Assembly: GCA_044892525.1 (NCBI GenBank)
Contig: CM097888.1
Location: 17,422,001-17,486,000 of the forward strand
DNA: 64,000 nucleotides
DNA from: Schmidtea polychroa
Taxonomy: Eukaryota
Direction: 5' to 3'
Shown here: piece after piece, positions 22,653 to 36,739 of the stretch
How the letters are laid out: every line of letters starts with the position of its first letter
How positions within the stretch are numbered: the first letter of the stretch is position 1
Position numbers and translations under genes: made by a program
The notes under the pieces: generated by a model
What the model was told of the DNA's origin: nothing
The model's database searches: none
The model's input: the letters and a program-made list of their open reading frames with translations, nothing else

Positions 22653-23903
22653 TTTCATGGAAACTTAGTCTTTTTATATATAAATTCTATATATTTTCAA
22701 AGAATGTCAAAAAATATGTCCAAAAACTCGAATTTCAAATAGAAACTGTTTTGTGGTTTTAACAATGATTTATAAATAATTGTTTATAGAAACTATTTTC
22801 AAGAAATGTGATTCGATTTGATTTTTGTGAAAAAAGCCTGAAAAGCAACTCGGTTGTTAAAATTTGAAATAGAATCGCTGTTACCGTCGTTGGTGCTGCG
22901 GCTTGTTGCTAGCTAACAAGTTCGATGTTGTTTTACATAAAAACGAAGAAGATTAAAAGTAACGGAGAACTTATGGAAAATAATTAATTGAAATAATAAA
23001 TTATTTCAATTAATTTTTTACAGAATTAAATTTAAAAATAAATATTTATTAAAGAATTATTAAAGAATTATTTTTATGTTTTAAGTAAAATTACATGGGT
23101 TAGGTTACATTTACTATAAGTCATTAAATTCAAAATTCACAGTTGTTAATTTTAATTTAAAAAATTTGAATTTATTTCGTTTGATTGAGGGCTCCTCAAA
23201 ATATTTGGTTCCTATGCGTAAACGCACCACTGGTTAGAAACAATAATTTAACTCAATCTTTCTTTTGAGTATTATTTCATCAATTGACAAAAAGATCACA
23301 AGGAGTCAAAATCAGTACCAACTTTCATAAATAATAACCAAACAATTATTTATAAATGTAAATGCATGATAATTTTTTGAAATTATATTTGAAAAGATGA
23401 AGCTTATACAGTATTTTTTGTATTACATAAATGGTTTCCATAAAATAATTGTATATACATGTGAAACGCACACAAAATCATCGATAACTTTCTTGAAAGT
23501 GGTCATCAAACGTAAAGATAAATACTATGATACGGAGATTTATAGGAAAAATAACAAATTCTAGTCATCAGACTTTTCCTGTGAATTTAAGTATAAAAAC
23601 ATATAGTGAAAGGATTGATTTATCGTTCATGGTCTATATCTTTTATTTTCGTAGTTGTTTTTTTCAAATATGGTGAATGATTAAATTGGTACGCTAAATA
23701 ACTTGTTTTAATGATTTTTAAATTTATAGATTGATATTTGAAAATAAAAATTATTTTATGTGAATTAAATATAATTTTAACTATTTTAATGATACTATTT
23801 AATTTAAAAGTAATTGATTATTTAAATTTAATTAAATTAAAATATGTTTCAATAATAATTTTGTAAATTGTTTAATAAATGCATAATATCTAGTTGTTTT
23901 TAT

Positions 23904-23945
23904 TCTACCTGATGATGACAATAAGACTATCGAAATATATTATAA
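23904..23945 (+). ncRNA. Solitary degenerate hammerhead-like motif of Penelope type
   Basis: CTGATGA-TG-acaataagactat-CGAAA-TATAT; same layout as 5701-5745 but stems I and II pair poorly. Confidence 0.35.
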
Positions 23946-24799
23946 AACTAATCTCTTAGAGGCACTTCTAATAAAAAATGATATTATTTCGAATATTTTT
24001 ATATTTTGTGAATTTATTTACATAATGCTTCGTCTCGTTTAAGTAGTTCAAAAATATAAAAATTTGTATTTTCTTGGATTACATTTAACAGTTAAAATTG
24101 CACCTATAATCATATTTAACCTTCATTTTTTTTGTTCTAAATAACATTTCCATTGAAAATAATATGTTCAATAAGTGCATTTGCCCTTAAATTCAAAATA
24201 CTTTTTTTTAATATTTAAACGTTTTCTTTTCACTTTCTTAATAATTTCATTTAAAAAAATATTTCTTCATTGTAATATAAAAAGGCCATTCTAGTTTTAT
24301 TGCAGAATTTGTTTTAATAAATTTAAATTATATTCACTAATTAATGATGGACAGGTGAATATTTTTTAAAGCCCATATATCTAAATTCTAAGAGGCTGAG
24401 AAGGAAGTTATTTTTGATCCATTATCTGCGCCTGACTTTTTTATTTCCTCTTTATCTGTCATGTTAAATCAAATATAAGAAAGATTTTTGAAAAATAAAT
24501 GAAATAATAAATTAATAATTTTAATTTATTTAAAATAAATTTTAGTAAATATTTTATAATAGTTTTTATAAGAATTGCTTGGTTTAATTGAATAAATAGT
24601 GCTTTTTTCGATAGAGAAAAGTAGATTTCAAAATAAGATTGAAATATAAATTTCACGTTCCTGATTAAAATTAAAGATTGTTGTAAAATTTTAAATATTC
24701 CACAAGTAATAATTAATTTGCATACAAGTAAAATAACATGGTAAAAGTGCAAAGCATAAATATAAGTTTTTTGCTAGAAAAGTAATTATATGCATATAT

Positions 24800-26990
24800 G
24801 CAATGCAGTAAATAACATTTTTAGGGCCCTGTGCAAAAAATTTATTAGTGCCCCTATATTTTATGGGAGAAAGTAATTATAGTTCATATTGAAATATCAT
24901 GTAAAAAAATATATTACATAATTTATATTAACAGATTATTTAATTTTCATTTAATTCTACTCTTCTAGCTTTCATTTCAGCAAAGTCAATAATTATTGTA
25001 GAGACATACAATTAATTCGAATAAAGATTTTATTCAAATTAACTTGCAATAAATAATTGTAATATCTTCTCCAATAGTCAATATAATAAAGAAAGCACGA
25101 ACACTTGATATGGAGATTGTATGGAGATTGTTGAAGATCTTAACCATCATCTGAGAGATTATTGCTAATAAGACGAAGGTTTCAGTTTCTTTAATGTCTG
25201 GCATATTTACTTTATTGGTTTTGACTCGATTTAATGATTGTGAAGTTGAATGTTTCTTTTTATCTTGAATTTGATTTTGGAAAAGGTTCGCATTATTTAA
25301 ACAATGATTTTAAATTTAATTTTAATTTAATTAATTTAATAATATATTTTAAGTTCAATTATTAAATTGATAAAAGTGGGAGTCAGAGGCACTACAATTA
25401 TATCGTAATAATTAATATCCTTTACGATGCTATACTCAATAGATATTATGACAAGATTGGATAATCTATCTTGTTCTACAGTGGATCTTAAATAGTTTTT
25501 AATTAATTTTAAGTTGCTAAAGCTTCTCTCACACAAAGCAATTGATACTGGGAGTGTGAGGAATAATCATATAGCAATATTAATGTTTGGATAAGATTCA
25601 ATTAATCCTAAGTCATGTAGACCTTGTAAAATTTCAAGAGGTGTTGCAGTTTTTAAATCGTCTACTAATATTGATGCTTCAATTTTTAAACTTTGTATTT
25701 CACACTAAATCTCATATATTTTTAAATCTTTGCTGTACTCAGCGCCGTCTCTTCCATTGTGCTAACTGTGCTAAGCACAGGGGGTGCCGTGAGTGAAGGG
25801 GCGCCGTAAATTTTATAAAATCCATAAATTTGATAAAATTGAAAAAAAAATTATAAACAAAACAAAATTAAAGAAAATCGAAAAAAAAATTAGTTTAATA
25901 TATAAATTAAAATTTTAAATATATGCAAAAATAATTATTGTTTTTTGACATTTTTGTTTATAAGTTTTTAAACTTTAAAAAGTTGAGAAGAAAATTTTTT
26001 AATAATCTAGTTATCCACATTTACGAATTAATTTTGAAATAAAAGGTGAAAAGAATGTATTTTTTATTACAATTTATAACTTAATATATGTATATACAAT
26101 AATGTGTAATATTATTAATAAACATAATATATTTTTGTAAAAATTGTTTTTTAGGGGCTCATTATAGTTTATAGCACAGGGGCGACAAATTTCTAAAGAC
26201 GCCTTTGGCTGTACATAATAGAAAGATCAGCAGCGGGTTATTTTAATTCTAGTTTACTGTTTTTTTTCTAGTGATGAACCATGTTAAAAATTGCCGTTAA
26301 TTTGTTTCACATAAAACGAGTCTTTTGTATCTTTTTTTTATCTGATGCAAGATTATTAAAGTTGATCTCGTCATCTTGCTCTACTCCATGTTTGACAAGG
26401 AATGAGGATCATTGTAATTTATAGTATTAGGTGACAATTGTTTTTCATTCTCATTGACTTATGTAGTTATTGTACTGATCTAAGTAATAATATCACTACT
26501 AATACAGTCCGAGTTCAATTGTTCTACGGCAACATCATTTTGTAGACTAGAACTGGCTTTATTAAAAGATCCATCTCCTACTTCTGGTGTATCCTTTATC
26601 AGCCATTTTACAAGTTTTTGCTTCTTAATTTTTTTGTGCCTGACAATGGTTTTGACATTATTGAGCTATGGAATTATTTTATTATTTATTAAAGCTTACC
26701 TGTGTTTTTAAAAATACTTTGGTTTGATAGAAAAAGATAACTGTTGTTTCATATTCATGGAAATTATATAAATTTTAGAGTTAAATAAAAAGATACAAAA
26801 ATTATTGTTAAATATTTAAATATTATTGTTATTCAATACAATTATTCTGTGTCTTAATGAGAATACAAATTGTCTTTTAAAATCTCAAATGGAATTTTTT
26901 TGTAAAAAATATTTGTAAAAATAATTCAATTAACAATTCCGTTTTAAAGCCCCATCGATCTCTGGTCCCTGTGCTGGTGCACCTGTTTAT
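24800..26990 (-). mobile_element. Decayed, internally deleted hAT element (ZMYM/Tip100-type) with nested MITE
   Basis: N-terminal MSKPLSGTKK..NDP..YVKQINGN remnant at 26230-26660; C-terminal CERSFSNLKLIKNYLRSTVEQDRLSNL at 25336-25536; gggccctgtgc subterminal motifs at both ends; exact ends unclear. Confidence 0.65.
25740..26207. mobile_element. hAT MITE
   Basis: TIR cagcgccgtctt / aagacgcctttg (9/12); TSD gctgtact / gctgtaca. Confidence 0.75.
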
Positions 26991-27202
26991 ATTATATAAT
27001 ATATAATTTGGTATATATAGAAACGAATTTCAGTCTGTAAGCGCACTTTTACAACTCATGAGAGATAGCAAAGTAAGGCAATTAACAAATGAAAATAGTT
27101 GAGAAGTGTCTTTAAATAAAAAAAGATTTGAAAAAGAAAAATATTTAAATTATTTTAATTTTTAATTAAATTTCTTATTTTATTTACTATTATAAAATAG
27201 AG

Positions 27203-29524
27203 CAGAGCTTTCCAACCGGTGTGTCGCGTGAACATAATGAAAGCCGCAGAGTCCCTTAATTTTATAAACTTTTAAACGATTGTTAGACTGAAATACAATA
27301 CACATATATAGTCCGTAGTGTTTTAGCTGCAAGAACGCTTGTTTATCCTATTTATTAGTTAATCGTTGTAATTCGTTATTTAAACATAGAAAAAGAACCA
27401 ACCAAAGACATTTTTTTCACATATAAATTTCATTAAATTACATTTTATCTCCGTGTTTTTAGCGTTCAAACGGAAAGAATAAAAATATACTAAATGGATA
27501 ATGTCGAAATAAATTGAAAATCGCCAACTGAAATGAATTTTTTTGAGACTGAATTTGATGAGGAAACATGATGAAACAAGTTTTGATTGCGAAGTTTAGA
27601 TGTGTCCAACGCAGAATTGTTAACTCTAATAACACTGCTTTAGAGCTTGTGCTGTATTATTTTCCAATTTTTGTAACTGTTAAAATTTTACAACTATTTT
27701 AAGCAGTTCTACACCCAATTCCAAAATTTAGTAACCTCTATAATTCACGTTGGTGTGCATGCATTTTTCATTATGTGTTTTGTGTTGGTGTGTTCAATTA
27801 TTTTTCTCTCACCTTCACAAATCCTATAATAAAGTTATTAAATTTTGGAACAATAAATTTCTACACACAGGTAAGTTTGTGTGTTCCTATACTATAAATT
27901 TATTGATTTTTTTTAGATTATAGAAGTTATTAAATTTCGGAATTAGGTGTATTTATTAAATTTCACTTAAACTACACATAAAATGGATAAGTTTCTAATT
28001 AAAAAAAGACGTGCTGAAGATGACGTTTGCAATGAACAAAATGGAGCGGCTAGGCCTAGCATAGAGGAAACTACACAAGAACCAACAGTTCAACTGGCTG
28101 AATTGGTTAGCAACAAGTGTAATAAAAAAATTTCAAAACCTCGATTATACAATAATGATTATATGAAACTGGGGTTCACATTTTTTGGTAAGGAAAATAA
28201 TCTTAGTCCCCAGTGTTTAGTTTGCGGGAATATACTTGCAAATGAAAGTATAGTACCAAACAAATTAAATCGCCATTTTGCTACAAAACACAGTCATTTG
28301 TCAGGAAGACCAGTCGAATACTTTATTGAACTTTCAAGGTCCTTTAAAAAGCAGTATGTATCGTTCACAAAGAGAATGAAGACATCAGAAAGAGCTCAAG
28401 AGACAAGTTACTTAGTTGCTCAAATAATTGCCATAAACAAAGAACCACACTCTATTGCAGAAACTACCATAAAGGTCGAGTGCTTTGTCGTGTATACGAA
28501 TTGAGGGAAATGATGTTTGAAATTTTTAAAGAAAACCATCAGAATGAATTCTGCGATCTTATTCAAAACAAACTTTGGTGCTTAAAATTGGCATATCTTG
28601 CTGATATATTTGGGCATCTGAATAAAATAAACACCAGTATGCAAGGGAAAGGAGAAAATATGTTAACAGCGGTAGATAAAATTTATGCTATGAGAGACAA
28701 GATAGCAATTTGGAAAAGGAAAGTGAACGAAGAAAATTTTGAAATGTTTTCCAAAACTGCTGAGTACGAGCTAAAATGTGATATCAGCACGCTAATTGTT
28801 GACCATAACATTGCTTGAGGAGAAAATTCATCATTACTTCACAAATGTTGAAATTAATGAATATGATTGGATCAGAAATCCATTTCCTTCAACTGCGTTG
28901 AGTAACTTTTCAACTGTTGAAGAAGAAGAATTAGCTGAATTAAAAAATGATCGGAGTTTGTTAATAATGTACGGAGAGGGTGACTTAGACAACTTTTGGA
29001 TTTGCGTTTCGAAAAGACATCCAAACATAGGCAAAAAAGCGTTAAAAATTCTTCTGCAGTTTTCTACTACTTACATTTGTGAAGTATCCTTCTCAACATT
29101 GTCAAACTTAAAGACATTGCACCGAGGAAGCTTAAAAATGCTTGATGACGAAATGCGAGTCTCATTATCTAATATTCCACCAAATATTCAAAGCTTGTGT
29201 TCTTCCCACCCAGCTCAAATATCTCATTAAAATTGTAAATATATATTGGCGTTATTCAAATTTTTTAATTCTTAATTAATTACATATTGTTACTTATAAA
29301 CGGTACCATCCACATTAAATCTTGTTTTCAGTCATGAACTATACTTTTCTGTCATTTATTTCGATATTTATATTTAAATATGTTTCATTGTCTCTTGTAT
29401 AACGGTTTACCATATGGCGTAAGTTGTATGATGTCTGGTTTTCTGGTAAAACTGATTTGTTGTGTCGTGAAATGATGGAAGTCTAAAAAGTGTGTCACAA
29501 ACATGAAAAGGTCGGAAAGCACTG
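27203..29524 (+). mobile_element. Buster/Charlie-type hAT element, internally deleted
   Basis: TIR cagagctttccaacc / ggtcggaaagcactg; perfect 8-bp TSD aaatagag on both sides. Confidence 0.93.
27983..29230 (+). pseudogene. hAT transposase remnant (ZBED5/SCAND3-like): BED finger joined to the C-terminal half, catalytic core deleted
   Basis: YMKLGF..PQCLVCG..LANES..PNKLNRHFATKH; junction ETTIK/KGRVLCRVYELRE; LAYLADIF; FSTTYICEVSFS. Confidence 0.9.
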
Positions 29525-30299
29525 AAATAGAGAGTGATCGGATATGTTGAGATCAACTGATTTTCTAAGATCTCAACAATTAAGTGCTGATAATTACGCA
29601 TATTTGCTGAAAACAAGAACATAAATTGATGGATATGGTAAATGATAAAATATTATGATAAGTTTATATGTGCTCACATTTATAAATTTCAAGGCTGTTA
29701 TGTTAACCGAAATTTAACGCGGGCGGGCACTGAGGATACTGGGGACATTAATTTTGACAACTTGTAAGGTTATGTTTCATGATTTAGAGGAGTTGTTGAA
29801 AAATGTTTCTATGGACGCATTAGCTCTGAAGATTAATATTCCTTAATGATTTTTGCGGGTTCCCTAAATCTTTAACAAATTCAATAAAAGATTCTTCGTT
29901 TTTCAAAATTTTAGTATCAAGAAGAGCTTTAAAAATTTATAAAATTATAGAACGAGAAATCTTTTGATAAATACCTATGAAATTCATGCGCGCCAATACA
30001 ACGCAGATTTCGAATTCATTAGGATATTTTGTTTTGAACGAATTTCAATGGAATATTTTGGGTCATTTGAGATTTTATCCAGGTTGAAATAGACCCGTAT
30101 TCCTCTTTTCAAGTTGCAACCATGGTGTTCCAAATCATAGCTGTTCTTGTACTACTAAACCTAATTCAACTCAAAAAAATTTGGTATCTCAGGAAAATCT
30201 GAAAAATTAAGTTTTAAAAGAATTAGCAATCAAAGTTTCTGATTGTAAAACCTCCAAGATCTTGTAGCAGAACGAGTATTTAAAGGTTTAAGTTCTAAA

Positions 30300-31009
30300 T
30301 GAAACTTATTGTAACGATAATTGAAATAAGCGTCAATTTTTGCTATTGGTACAAAGAAATTTATACCATTTTGTGACCAATGGTCAACTATTGTTTTTAT
30401 CAACGTTTGATTTAAAGAATTCGAGAGCAGCCAGTTTGCTAGTGTTGCTACATGTTTGATAGTTAAAGAAATAAATTGCTCGCAAATAATACAGTTATAT
30501 ATGTTGGGTGTGTCATTGAAGCAATTGGTACCAGATGATGTTAAAGATCCTTTAATATGTTTACAATTTATCAATGATAATAATTTGAAAAGTACAGTAC
30601 CAAATCTGTGGGTGGCTTTACGAATCCTCGTAACAATTCCTGTTAGTGTTGCGAGTGGTGAAAGAAGTTTTAGTAAATTAAAACTAATAAAAACGTATTT
30701 GCGATCTACTATGACGGAAGATAGGTTGAATAATTTGGCCATTATTTCAATTGAAAATAATGTTGTAGCAAACCTAAATTTGGAGGCAGCAATAGAAAAA
30801 TTTGCAGACATGAAAGCCAGGAAAAAATCATTCTTATAAATTCTGTTTTTTTTATATATATGTCAATCGAAAAAAATGAAATAAAGTAATAAATGGATTG
30901 TTTTTTGTTAAACTTTTTTATTTTATCATAATTTTTGTACCTAATTTTTAAAATAGGGCGCTTTTTATAATTTTCGCCTGGGGCGTATAATTATCTCGAA
31001 CCGGCGCTG
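30300..31009 (+). mobile_element. 3' fragment of a ZMYM/Tip100-type hAT element
   Basis: Dimerisation domain PNLWVALRILVTIPVSVASGERSFSKLKLIKTYLRSTM (30456-30839); right TIR ...gaaccggcgctg at 31009. Confidence 0.85.
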
Positions 31010-32132
31010 GGTGTGTCGGTGAAATCCAATATTATCAACTATTGATCCGACTCCAAAGCGTTCCTTGTTTAACAACAATAACGACTTCCAGACAGATTTA
31101 AACTGCTATTGTTTAACGCAATTGATTTCTGTAGTCGGTTGACACCGCCTAAAGATGCTGGATCTTCTGGAAGTATCTAATATTTTCCATTCAACCATTG
31201 AAAATAAGTTTAAAATTTGATAATGAAGAACTACTACTCATTATTTATGATGATGCCTTTCCTAGTAAACTTGCTCTGTCTAATATGTATCAAAGTAGCT
31301 CTAAACTTGTCAGGTTAATATAAATATTATTTTTCTCATTTGCTTCTTATCTTTACTGTTTACAAGCGATAAAAGCAATTTCATGTGCTTATCATATTTA
31401 AAATAGAAAAATAAATAACATTGTGGATTTTTAATGTCATTTTAAAATGAATTATGTATAAATTTTCTATTATTCGGATATGCTTGTCTTGTTAACTTTT
31501 CCAACAAATAAATTACTCTGTGGTATATTAAAACAAAAAGCGTTTTCTCAGTACCAATAGGTTCAACAATTTGATAAACTGCATCATTTCTTAAGTCCAT
31601 TTAAAATAATATGTTAATATAAAATGGTATTTAATGATATCAAATATTAAAACTATATATCGCCTTGTAGAGAATTAAATGCCGAGTCCAGCTTTATAAA
31701 AATTTAGAGAAATTTTTATTAAGATATTATTTAGAAAAATTGAATAAAAATTCAAAAATTCATTCTTAAGAAACACTCTTATATTTCTTCCTTATCAAAA
31801 AGTATTTTGTGACAAAATATATTATTTTATAAATTTAAAATAGACTAAATGAAATAAAAATATTTATTTTCTTTTTGTTTTAAATTTATTTCAACTAATA
31901 TTTAAATTCTAAAGAAAAACTGTTAAAAAATGTAAATAAAATAACATAATTAATTTCTCTTTATCACGAACAAGTATCAAAATTGTATAGGTTAAACTGA
32001 TAGGATGAGGATGATTCCTTGTAATGAAATAATTTCTTCTTCCCATTCAGATAGACAAATATCATTGGTTGAAATTCAAATAAATACATCTCAAAGCAAA
32101 ATTATCTTATCAAATTGTAAAATAATTACACA

Positions 32133-32960
32133 ATGCAATCTACCACAAATTGTACTCCCAAATATCCTCCTAGAGTTGTTTTTCTCGGATCTGGAGCTGT
32201 TGGTAAAACTTCGATAATTAATAAATTTATTTATAACACTTTCGATGAGAGATATCGGCCAACTGTGGAAGATATTTTTACTCGAACATTTGAATTCGGA
32301 AATTATTCAATTGAATTAGACTTTATGGACACTGGAGGAACATATAATTTCACTGCAATGCGAAGAATAAGTATGAACAGTGGAGCAGCATTTGTTTTAG
32401 TTTTTGCTCAAAATGATCGAGGTTCATTTCTAGAAGTTCAAGGCATTTTGGAAGAGCTGAAAATGGAGAGAGAAGATTTCGGGCAATTTCCGTTGGCAAT
32501 TGTCTGTAATAAATCTGACATTCCGACTATAGAAAACGACATAACAGAATCTGAAATTACAGAATGGTTAATATCAATGAATCTCAAACCATCTCAATTC
32601 ATTTGCGCATCAGCTAAATCTTCAGATAAAATTTCGGAAATTTTTCGCAGTTTATGGATTCAAAACTTTCAAGCAGTGACACCAATTAAATTTAACAAAA
32701 GTGAAAATGAAACCTCAAACCGTTTGGAAGGGTCGAGTTTACTACATACAAATTCCTCATCATTTCTTCAGTTGCATGATTACAACACAAAAACCGTCCA
32801 TGATGAATTTTCACATATTTCTAATGAAATCAGCACTGAAACTGGAACAAAATTAAATAGAAATATTTTTCGTTCAAGTCTGAAATTGAAAAGAAAGTCG
32901 ACAAAGAAAAAACGAAACCCTAGCCAAAATATCATCACATTAAATTGCAAGATTTCGTAA
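32133..32960 (+). CDS. Ras-superfamily small GTPase, RASD/Rhes/DIRAS/Ras-dva-like, single exon, 275 aa
   Basis: G1 GSGAVGKTS, G2 YRPTVED, G3 DTGG, G4 NKSD, G5 CASAK; FTAMRRISM subfamily motif; polybasic KLKRKSTKKKR and CaaX CKIS. Confidence 0.93.
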   Translation: MQSTTNCTPKYPPRVVFLGSGAVGKTSIINKFIYNTFDERYRPTVEDIFTRTFEFGNYSIELDFMDTGGTYNFTAMRRISMNSGAAFVLVFAQNDRGSFLEVQGILEELKMEREDFGQFPLAIVCNKSDIPTIENDITESEITEWLISMNLKPSQFICASAKSSDKISEIFRSLWIQNFQAVTPIKFNKSENETSNRLEGSSLLHTNSSSFLQLHDYNTKTVHDEFSHISNEISTETGTKLNRNIFRSSLKLKRKSTKKKRNPSQNIITLNCKIS

Positions 32961-34239
32961 ACGTGGAGTTTGTGCTTTAGAAAAGATTTAGTTAGTTTGT
33001 GCTGTCATAGTTTTGTTAGATCGTACTTAATTCTTTATAAATATTAATATAACTAAAGATTTATGATACTTATTTTATATTTTATTTGATGAAAAACATG
33101 CGTGTAAGTGTAAATTTGGCAAATTATATGCCCCGCCCGCAGTACACAGTACATTTTTATACATATGCCACGTGTAGCGCCGGCGGTACATACATAATAC
33201 TAATGATTAATCATGTTTTTCTTGTGGCAGTGGGCTTAAACTGTTTATTTATATACAGTGACACCTTGATAAAAGTAAATTAAGGTTTTTTTGTTACGGC
33301 ACCGTCGGAATGTAGTATTTATATATATGGTGGCAGTCAACGTTAATCAGTTGATTTTCTGTAGATCCAAAAATTTTAAAACCATTTTTAACCAATGAGA
33401 AATATCTAAATTTAATCCATTTATTTCAATAAAATTTTGTTGATAAATAAATGTGATTAGAATTTTATTCAACGTGACGGCTTGAAAAAACATTTATCAA
33501 AAATTTATCAACTTTTTTCTGCTCAAAATATATTAATATTTTTTACTAAGTTTTCTATTTTCTTAAGCTTTTGGTTCCTATTTCATTATCATTACACTGG
33601 ATATTTAATAATAAATTATTTCTAATAAAATGGATAATTTTTTTTATTTTTTTAGATGTTGATTATCAACATGAACTGAATATTTCAATGGTATTATTTA
33701 CCCTATGTTTATTTTCTTTGACTATTCTTTTCTATTTTGGATATTTTAGTAGACTTTTCTTTTTTGATAATGAATAGTGTTCTTTATGTTTTAACCTTTC
33801 GTAATCTTTCCATTCTTCTCTTTTTTTATTGATTGTCATTTTTTAATGAGCGATGTTTATTATTTTCTGACCTTTCTTTCAAAATTGGTATTATAATCAG
33901 ATTTTTTAAATTTCTTTTCAACATTTTTATTTCTTACAAAATGCGTTAACAATAAAATTTCATACACATTCATCTCCCAAAATGATTTACTACTATTACT
34001 GATATATTTCTTTTGACATATATTTTATTTATAACTAATAGTAGCTGTCCTTAAAAGTCAGGAGAGTATCGAGATTCAATGTGGCTCTAGTAACAGTTTT
34101 TCGTGGGGCCCTGCAATTTTGCAGATAAAAATAATTATTATGTCTTTATTCGATAATAAAAATATAGATAATCAAATAATACTTCTATTGAAAAAATAAT
34201 AAATTCGAATGTAGTGTAAAATGATTGTTGAGTTATTGA

Positions 34240-35150
34240 GTTGGTGACAATATTTGTAAATTCAAACCTTTAATCTGGCTCCAAAGCGTGTTTATTAATT
34301 CGCAATTCAACACTCTCGAACACAATAAGCTTTATTAATATCCACATGTAATAGTACAAACTTCAATTACAACCAATTAACTATAAACCAATTTATCACA
34401 CAGAGCTTATTTCGACACTTCGTGAGGAATAGCCCTTTCTTTAACATCAACAATAATCACTTGCCGTCAACTACTCAATTACAGAATATGTTGATCGATT
34501 GTTCTATTTGCTTTGACCACACAATTTATTTATTCCACTTTTACTTTATATTCAATTTTATAAAAGATTCTTGTCACTTCTCTTTTAACTCTGTTTTGAT
34601 TCCCCTTTTTACTCTGTCGTCTCAAATTTTACTCTACTTTTTGTCTCTAATTTCGTTTCGTTTTGCTCTCAACTTCGTTCTGTTTCCGTTCTACTTTTCG
34701 TTCTAATTTGGTTCTAAATCTGTTCTAAATTTGTTCTAAATTTGCTCTCAATTTGTACTGATTTCTCGTCCAACAGTTTTCCTTTATATAGTTGTTTTGT
34801 TTGTGCAATGGCGACAGATTCTGTTTATCATTTTCCTTTTCCTCTACATCAGCCTTATCTCTGACAGATGTCAAGATATTTTCCCATTTTCCTTTTTTGT
34901 TAAGCCGCCTTCTCCCGACAATTTCGCTATCTTTGACAAGCTGTCAAGATACGGCTTTTTCCTTTATTTTGTTTTTCTGGAATTTGAAATTCCACCTTCA
35001 TTTGTACTTCTTAATTAACAATGACCTTTGTTTTAATTTCTTGTTTGTTTCCTTTTATTTGATTTATCTTTCTCATTTTTAATTTTTTTTTACTTCTGTT
35101 TTCTTTTCTGAGTTCCCATAGATCGTCCAATTTGTCATGACGATCTTCCC
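34240..35150 (-). repeat. Degenerate repeat-family copy related to 8800-9690 (probable LTR-retroelement 3' end/LTR), with 11-bp tandem ttgttctaaat at ~34702-34760
   Basis: Shared sequence blocks with 8800-9690; strongly purine-rich minus strand. Confidence 0.55.
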
Positions 35151-36123
35151 CAGGTAATTTATTTATTTATTATATTATTTTTCATTTAGCTATCCTCAAC
35201 AAAATATAAATAAAAATAATCACAAAAATATATTTTAATGTCTTTTCCACTTTTTAGATTTTATTTAGCAAAATCTATGACTTTACTCAATAATTAAATT
35301 TTAAACTCTTCTTTAAATGACAAAATAGTAAGTTTTTTCTGAATTTATTTAAGGACCTGTCGGAAGTTGATTCTGTAACATGAATTGTTAGAAATAAAAA
35401 ACAAGTTTTTCCGACATCTTAAAAATCTGTTGCAATCATAATTTCTTTGCCATAATAAAATCCGAAAATTCATAAATATTTGACAACTTAAAACTGAAAA
35501 TCTGCTTGATAAAATTAGGACTAATGCTACGGATGTATTCCTTTTGTTACTTAAAACATTGTTCAAAACATTGTCCGGTATAACCGTAATGCTGTTAGGT
35601 TCCAGACAAACGAACAAATGTAAAACTTGAGAGGGGCTTTGAAATCCCTCATTTAATTGTATGTTAATTAATATCAAGAAAATCATCGAACATTGCGATT
35701 TCAAAACGTTTCATTTAGTTGCTAAGCTTCTTGTCAAAATAGAGATCATCAAAAAAGATTTCAACATTGTCATTGCACGTTTCTCTATGAATGTCACATT
35801 TTTGCTTAAGCTCTGCTTCATTTCGTAATATATGAAGACTAGTCCTTATTTTTCATTTTGTTCAGTACTATTTCCCTGTCATTATTGAGCACCTTGTAAG
35901 ATCTATGTTAAATTTTGTAGACCTTTACTAGCTGAATTTATTTATTTCTAATTTCACAAAATATGTAAGTAGATTTTTTGATTCTGTTATTTCTTATTCT
36001 GTTGTTCCTTGAAGTGATTAATGTCAAAATGATAATTACATTATATAAAAGTTATTGACTGCATAAATTGAATCATTTCTTTTACACCATTTATTTGCAA
36101 ATACTTTTTAAAAGAAATTAGCT

Positions 36124-36739
36124 AGTTAGTGGCTCCCCGGAGCAGACCATCTCCATATCCCCTAAAATGTACATTGCTCCGAAGTGCCATACTGCTACAG
36201 AGGGCTACACTATCGAGTGCCACGAAGATTTTTTCTGAGATTTTCAATACAAAATCTGACTATACTAAAAAGCAATGACTTTTTCTGACTATAGTGATTG
36301 AATCTTGGATTTTCTATACAAACTAAAAAAGCATACTTGGTTGTTAGTATCTGGTAGTTGGTAACTAGTTGTTGGTATCTGATTGTTGAATTATTATTAC
36401 AATTATTATTATTATTATTAGTATGTATGTATTATTATTAGAAAAATTTTCATCTAAAATTATCTTTGAAATTTATTTCATAAGCATTTTCATTTAGAAT
36501 GTCATTTCTCCAAAGCCGACGATTCTTCAAACTATTTGTTAAAAAATTTTAAATTTTTACTTTAATTTACCTATTTTAAAAATCAGCTCTTAATTTACCT
36601 ATTTATCCTTAATTTATTTAATTGAACATTTGAGCCCATTATTTATTTATTTACTTTAATTTTAATTATTACGACCAATTCTCATTATCTTTACAAATAT
36701 AGCCCTTAATTTACCGGATGGTCTGCTCCACTACCTACT
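36124..36739. mobile_element. ~620-bp element with AGT-starting imperfect inverted termini
   Basis: Left agttagtgg..ggagcagaccatc; right reverse complement agtaggtagtggagcagaccatcc; no clear TSD. Confidence 0.5.
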
